A stretch of 32,000 bases of DNA from Candidatus Heimdallarchaeota archaeon (GTDB lineage Archaea; Asgardarchaeota; Heimdallarchaeia; Heimdallarchaeales; Kariarchaeaceae). The stretch covers positions 90,001 through 122,000 of the forward strand of contig JASBSB010000003.1 in assembly GCA_030149205.1 (NCBI GenBank), written 5' to 3'. This document shows positions 27,459 to 32,000 of this stretch, in pieces; the stretch's first letter is position 1; the number at the start of each line of letters is the position of its first letter. Position numbers and translations under genes: made by a program. The notes under the pieces were generated by a model. The model was not told where the DNA came from, searched no databases, and saw only the letters and a program-made list of their open reading frames with translations.

Positions 27459-28713
27459 CCCTTTCTGGTATATCGTCTATATTAGAATATTGCCCTATCT
27501 GTTCAAGATCAATTTTATCTGTTAAAATCCAATCATTTATAATTGAATTCCGTAAAATCTTTTCTAGTGTGTAACCTTTTTGGAAACCTTCAACTAAGTC
27601 TCTATTCAAAGTGACACTTGCTAAAGAGGAAACCAAAACATCTTCAAATTTAGAGCCCCCAAATTTTGAGTCAGAGATTGAGACAAATAAATTTACATCC
27701 CCATTATCAACTCTATAGTTGCATTGTAGTTTAACAAAATCCTCAAAATTTAATTTTGAAGAGTAAAAGGCCTGTGAAGGTACAGTAACTAATTCGCTGA
27801 AAAATTCGGGTGCAAGTCTATTGACTGTCAGAGAGATATTCCTAGGCATAAAAATCCCAGTAAGATACCCAAGGTAGGTTGATGGATCCTGTTCTTCTTC
27901 TGACTCAAATAATGTCGCAAATTTTGGAGGTTTTAAAAATTGAATGTTTTTAACTTTAAGAATAGGGGGAGAAGTCACCAACCCTCCCTTACAATTGGGA
28001 CAAATTGTAATATCTGAACCTTCAATATCCTTTTCTGTGAAGGACATCCCACAATCACCAACACATTGGACCTCCCCAAAATCAGGTGTCATTTGAACAT
28101 ACAATCCTAAATACATGAAGGCAGGTTTCTTGACAGTTTTTGGCTGATCTCGAAATGATCTCTCTGAGAAAATTTTGTAATGCATAAAACCACCAAGATG
28201 ATCCACATCTCTTTTGCAAATTTCAAATTTTTCTTCGTTATCAATTGAACCTATTTCTTCCTGCTTTCCAGCTCTCCTGAACACACCTGCAAGAGCTTTG
28301 CTCATGAAGTCAATTTCTTCAAAAGTAGATTCTAAATTTAAATCAGCATATGGGGTCGATAAATAGTTAAAGACATAAACATTGTTAGTATATGCTTTTT
28401 GAACATAAATATGTGGCAATAGTTTTGTTTTAGCTTCGTTTAATCTAAAGGTAGAATACACTACTGATCTAAAGATGTGCTTTTCAAATCCAAACAAGGA
28501 TTGTAAATTTAACTGACCAAAGGCTTCTTCAACCTTCAGTTTTGCTACCTCATCGCTTACAATGTCCTCGCCACCCAATAACAAAGGAAAATTCATTGGT
28601 AGCCCTGAACTTTCATCTAACATGGAAAATGTGTATAGATTTATGGAGGTTCTTTCCATCTGGATACTTACGGGAAGTTCAGTCTTGTCCGCTTCTGAAT
28701 TTTCTGAAATCAA
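27451..28713 (-). CDS. Hypothetical protein, putative tandem longin-like domains with an inserted Zn ribbon
   Basis: LYTFSMLDESSGLP...GQLNLQSLFGF (repeat 1); FMYLGLYVQ...DPSTYLGYLTGIF...VNLFVSIS (repeat 2) interrupted by CVGDC-x16-CPNC; TTGA overlap with the GTPase stop. Confidence 0.55.
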   Translation of the reverse strand: MISENSEADKTELPVSIQMERTSINLYTFSMLDESSGLPMNFPLLLGGEDIVSDEVAKLKVEEAFGQLNLQSLFGFEKHIFRSVVYSTFRLNEAKTKLLPHIYVQKAYTNNVYVFNYLSTPYADLNLESTFEEIDFMSKALAGVFRRAGKQEEIGSIDNEEKFEICKRDVDHLGGFMHYKIFSERSFRDQPKTVKKPAFMYLGLYVQMTPDFGEVQCVGDCGMSFTEKDIEGSDITICPNCKGGLVTSPPILKVKNIQFLKPPKFATLFESEEEQDPSTYLGYLTGIFMPRNISLTVNRLAPEFFSELVTVPSQAFYSSKLNFEDFVKLQCNYRVDNGDVNLFVSISDSKFGGSKFEDVLVSSLASVTLNRDLVEGFQKGYTLEKILRNSIINDWILTDKIDLEQIGQYSNIDDIPERGA

Positions 28714-29225
28714 ACTTTTTCCTCCTTAATCATCTGTTCTGAAAGATACTCAAATGCCTCTGAAATACCAAGATTCTTTAACGCAGAAGTTTCAAAATAT
28801 GGAAGATTTAATTCCTTGGCAAATGATAGAGCCTCATCTTTGCTCACTTTTCTGGCCACATCTAGATCGATTTTTGTGCCAATCAAACAAATTTTTGCGT
28901 CTGGAATTTTTGATTTAGAAGTATTAAACCAATAATCGATCTCCTCAAATGACTTTCTGTTTGTTACATCAAAACAAACTAACACACCTTTCCCTCCTTT
29001 ATAATAAGTTTCAACAATTTTGCGAAATTTTTCTTGGCCTGCAGTATCCCAAATGCTTAATCTCAATGCAGAACCGTCTTTTAATTCTAGGTTCTTAAGC
29101 ATAAAATTGGCACCTACTGTCATGAGGTGACTTTCTTTAAATCCACCCGTAGTATATCTGGTAGCAATACTAGTTTTTCCAACCGCACCTTCACCAATGA
29201 TAAGAACTTTGAAAGTTTTAACCAT
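28710..29225 (-). CDS. Rab-like small GTPase (Ras superfamily), no C-terminal prenylation motif
   Basis: G1 GEGAVGKT, G2 HLMTVG, G3 WDTAGQE, G4 GTKID, G5 ETSAL; RabF-like VGANF, RLSIW, KFRKIV, YYKGG, LVCFDVT. Confidence 0.95.
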   Translation of the reverse strand: MVKTFKVLIIGEGAVGKTSIATRYTTGGFKESHLMTVGANFMLKNLELKDGSALRLSIWDTAGQEKFRKIVETYYKGGKGVLVCFDVTNRKSFEEIDYWFNTSKSKIPDAKICLIGTKIDLDVARKVSKDEALSFAKELNLPYFETSALKNLGISEAFEYLSEQMIKEEKV

Positions 29226-29344
29226 CTACGATAATAGTTAAGGATTCATGGATTAAAACCTTTATTAAAAATTTCATCGTAATATAGAGTTCTTTTTCTA
29301 CATTGACTTAATTTATACCTTGAATATCATTAAACTCTGTAAAA

Positions 29345-30574
29345 TTGTTTAGAAAATTTATTAAGTGGTTTTCGTATATGTTCTTGATGAGCGACGAATT
29401 AGTTTCGGAAATGTACAAAGACTTCAACATTCCAAATTATTTCGTCCCCGTTTTTAGAGATATGGGTATCAACTTTATATGTTTTATAGAATTTGATATT
29501 GAAATCGGTCAGGTAGTTTATATTTCTGAAATTAAGACAGGGTCAGAATATATCAATGAAATTAGAAATATAGGCAAGCTTTCCCAGGTTTATGCGGGTG
29601 TTGCAGAAAACAATATTGATGAATTTTCAGTTTCGGATCTTGAGAAAATAGTAGTTGCCCGGCTCGACGTAGAAACTGAAACCTATGCACAGACTGTGAG
29701 TGTTTTGCTTGTGTCTTGCCTTCCGACTTCTGAAACATCAGAAATTCAAAAGATCGCTCAATCTACTTTGACTAAATCTAAAGCCAGACCAGATTTAATC
29801 CCAAAATTGTTTTATCAAAAATTGCAAGAATACAACTTCAAAAAGTTAAGTGTTATCAGACTAAAAGGAGACCAACAGAAGCTTAAAATCAATAGTTCTT
29901 CCAGAATAACCGAGGAATTAAATTTTCAATTTATAAAAGCTTTTTTGTTAATTGACTTAAACACAAATGTCGTAGACTTAAGGTTCTTTCCACAGTCCAT
30001 TAAAGACAAATCAATTGAGAGCATAGAATTTTTAAGCCTATTAGTCGATTATCACCAGACCGTGAGACCCTTTGAAATGCGAACAATTATTTTTAACAAT
30101 ATCCCCTTTCAGTACTTGTCATCTGATAAAAACACTATTGTTGTGTTATATTTTTCGGAAACAGAAATTTATGGAACAGCACGATTTACAGAGATCTCTG
30201 AGGGTATTATTAAGATAATTTATGATAATTGGAAAGATGCTTCTAAAATAGAACAGTTACATTTGTTCGAGCTATTTGATTTAACTTTGACTAAAAAAAT
30301 TCCTTTGGCTTCCATCGAAAAGTATGCACAAATTAGTTTAAGAAGTGAGAGAATTATTCCAACAATAAATCATGACATGCTATTTGATTTAAAAATTGAA
30401 ATTGATCCGCTCATAAATTCACAACTTTGGGCCAACCTTAAAAGTCTTAATGGTGAGGAAAGTGTACATGAGCTTACACAAGCCTGGAATAAGAACATAC
30501 TACAAACTATTTTATTACTAGAATGGGCAAGGGTACGAAATGTCTTAAGTTACGTGGATAAAGCAAAACGTTAA
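29345..30574 (+). CDS. Putative longin/uDENN-domain protein with a C-terminal winged helix (NPRL2-like architecture)
   Basis: INFICFIEFDIEIGQVVY N-terminal strand-turn motif; C-terminal IIPTIN...LKSLNGEESVHELTQAW...LLLEWARVRNVL. Alternative ATGs at 29378 and 29387. Confidence 0.5.
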   Translation: MFRKFIKWFSYMFLMSDELVSEMYKDFNIPNYFVPVFRDMGINFICFIEFDIEIGQVVYISEIKTGSEYINEIRNIGKLSQVYAGVAENNIDEFSVSDLEKIVVARLDVETETYAQTVSVLLVSCLPTSETSEIQKIAQSTLTKSKARPDLIPKLFYQKLQEYNFKKLSVIRLKGDQQKLKINSSSRITEELNFQFIKAFLLIDLNTNVVDLRFFPQSIKDKSIESIEFLSLLVDYHQTVRPFEMRTIIFNNIPFQYLSSDKNTIVVLYFSETEIYGTARFTEISEGIIKIIYDNWKDASKIEQLHLFELFDLTLTKKIPLASIEKYAQISLRSERIIPTINHDMLFDLKIEIDPLINSQLWANLKSLNGEESVHELTQAWNKNILQTILLLEWARVRNVLSYVDKAKR

Positions 30575-30632
30575 TCAGTAAAAATTCTAGAAGACTTATT
30601 AAGTCTAGAGTTCATTTTTAGATTTAGGTTAT

Positions 30633-31604
30633 ATGGGTAGTCTAGAGAAATTACCGACTAATTTGAAGATTGCTGTAATTCAGTATTGTAAGTGGTTAAT
30701 GAAGCATAAGCTAGATACACCAATGGAAACCCCTGCAATGATAGGCAAAATCTTTTACGAGAAAAATTGGTCAGATAAATACATTCCAGTTGTAGAATAT
30801 ATCTTCAAATTTTTGGTTCTATTTGAAATTCTTGAAGAATCCGGTGATATGTTTTCTTTGAGGGTACAAAACTTAAATTTGTTAATTGATAGATTGTACA
30901 CAAGTATTAGTATTAAAATCGTGGTGGATCAGCAACCTGTATATGTCTTTATTGAACTACTCCTGAATTCCTTAGATGTTGAACTAGATTGGGACCAATC
31001 AATTGTTGACATTGAACAACACTCACTTCTTTGGGAAAGTGTTATTGACCCTTATGCAGACTCAATTGCATTAGTTGCCCATGAAAAATTAATTAATAAA
31101 AATTCGATAACTGATGATATTTCTGTGTGCATAATTGGTGAAAATCTCTACAAAATAATTGAAGCAATTGCAAGTACAACTATGTACCCCGAAAACGTCG
31201 ATATTGTAGTCCCAAATAAATTAAGGAAGGATCAATTAATATCACAAATAGAGTTAAATTCTGAGCTAAGTGATTATTTACCTCGTATTAAGTTGTATGA
31301 GGACGATTCATCAAAGAGTTACGAGGTGATTGTTGCATTCTGTTATTTTGGGTTATATCTTGAAGAATCTAATGCTTTTAATCTTATAAGAGCAAGATCA
31401 CATCCAGGAACTGAAGTGTTGTTTCAGATTTGTAGTACTGACCAACCTACCTTTGGATTTGAACCACTTCTCAAACTAATCAAACAGTGGAGATTTGCAC
31501 TATCAACAAGCAATTTTAAAACCAAATTTTCAAATTTGGGTTATTCCAAAATAGAAACCGCTGACGATGACAAGAAAATATTTACAATGGAATTTTCACC
31601 CTGA
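30633..31604 (+). CDS. Hypothetical protein, possible degenerate class I methyltransferase fold with an N-terminal winged helix
   Basis: FLVLFEILEESGDMFSL (wHTH wing-like), SVCIIG, SYEVIVAFCYF, HPGTEVLF; the GxGxG SAM motif is absent. Confidence 0.45.
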   Translation: MGSLEKLPTNLKIAVIQYCKWLMKHKLDTPMETPAMIGKIFYEKNWSDKYIPVVEYIFKFLVLFEILEESGDMFSLRVQNLNLLIDRLYTSISIKIVVDQQPVYVFIELLLNSLDVELDWDQSIVDIEQHSLLWESVIDPYADSIALVAHEKLINKNSITDDISVCIIGENLYKIIEAIASTTMYPENVDIVVPNKLRKDQLISQIELNSELSDYLPRIKLYEDDSSKSYEVIVAFCYFGLYLEESNAFNLIRARSHPGTEVLFQICSTDQPTFGFEPLLKLIKQWRFALSTSNFKTKFSNLGYSKIETADDDKKIFTMEFSP

Positions 31605-31612
31605 ACTTCATA

Positions 31613-31999
31613 TCATTCTCCTAAATTGTTGATATAAAACGCAAGAGCAGCTAACAACAATGTTAATCCTGCTACCCAACTAAGTGGAAGAAGTGTGTCA
31701 ACACCCAACTTGCCTTTTAGAATAATTCCAAACAGAGTAACTTCGAAAGTTGCTCGCATGACTGCAGCAAATAGTAAAAATTTTGTATTGATTTCTACTG
31801 CATTGATAAAATAGAAAATGGAGAAAGATTCTATGAATACTATACTTAAATAAAAAATACCCACGTTTATCTCCATCTGATAAAATGGCAAATGAAGTAA
31901 TACCTCAATCAAACTCCATAATATAACAGTTGCAAAAAATTCCTCTTTGTTAAAAGTACTCTCTCCATAATCGTAAAGAATTAACCATTGCGACCCAAC
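31613..31999 (-). CDS. Integral membrane protein, 5' end outside the window
   Basis: The frame of the 31613-31912 ORF stays open upstream to the window end (VGSQWLILYDYGESTFNKEEFFATVILWS...), so the TTG at 31912 is probably not the start; several hydrophobic segments. Confidence 0.65.
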   Translation of the reverse strand, partial: VGSQWLILYDYGESTFNKEEFFATVILWSLIEVLLHLPFYQMEINVGIFYLSIVFIESFSIFYFINAVEINTKFLLFAAVMRATFEVTLFGIILKGKLGVDTLLPLSWVAGLTLLLAALAFYINNLGE

Positions 32000-32000
32000 A

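Noticed and set aside
1740-28742. Many 60-120 aa ORFs in the track nested in or antisense to long genes (e.g. 2575-2790, 4028-4318, 9191-9421, 13321-13635, 16135-16473, 16936-17301, 19418-19714, 22619-22918, 26377-26565)
   Set aside because: Shadow ORFs overlapping well-supported genes, with no recognisable motifs

Overview
AT-rich, gene-dense archaeal chromosomal window, most likely from an Asgard archaeon (probably Heimdallarchaeia; inferred from gene content, not a database match). Archaeal markers: EF-1beta next to an HVO_2753-type Zn finger, a PolB2-family polymerase, an archaea-specific SF2 helicase and an intron-containing tRNA-His(GUG). Eukaryote-like signature genes: a non-prenylated Rab-like GTPase and up to four putative longin/uDENN-fold proteins. 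Left part: 5' part of a penicillin-acylase-family gene (not in the ORF track), GDPD, an MFS transporter, ADP-forming acyl-CoA ligase and iorAB, then a small-ORF plus polB2 cassette preceded by a 21-bp tandem repeat, TATA box and inverted repeat. Middle: tRNA-His, PucC-like MFS, IscA/HesB, Zn finger, EF-1beta, TPR-longin protein, Na/Ca antiporter, helicase, ABC-2 exporter, fused guaA, pfkB. Right: the best candidate for a novel system, a Rab-like GTPase coupled to a tandem-longin/Zn-ribbon protein and a helical orphan, and divergently paired with an NPRL2/uDENN-like longin-winged-helix protein. The tRNA-His has A73 and no encoded G-1, a eukaryote-like identity set. No CRISPR array, integrase or transposase was seen. 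Fold assignments for hypothetical proteins come from motif and pattern reading only and need HMM or structure checks.
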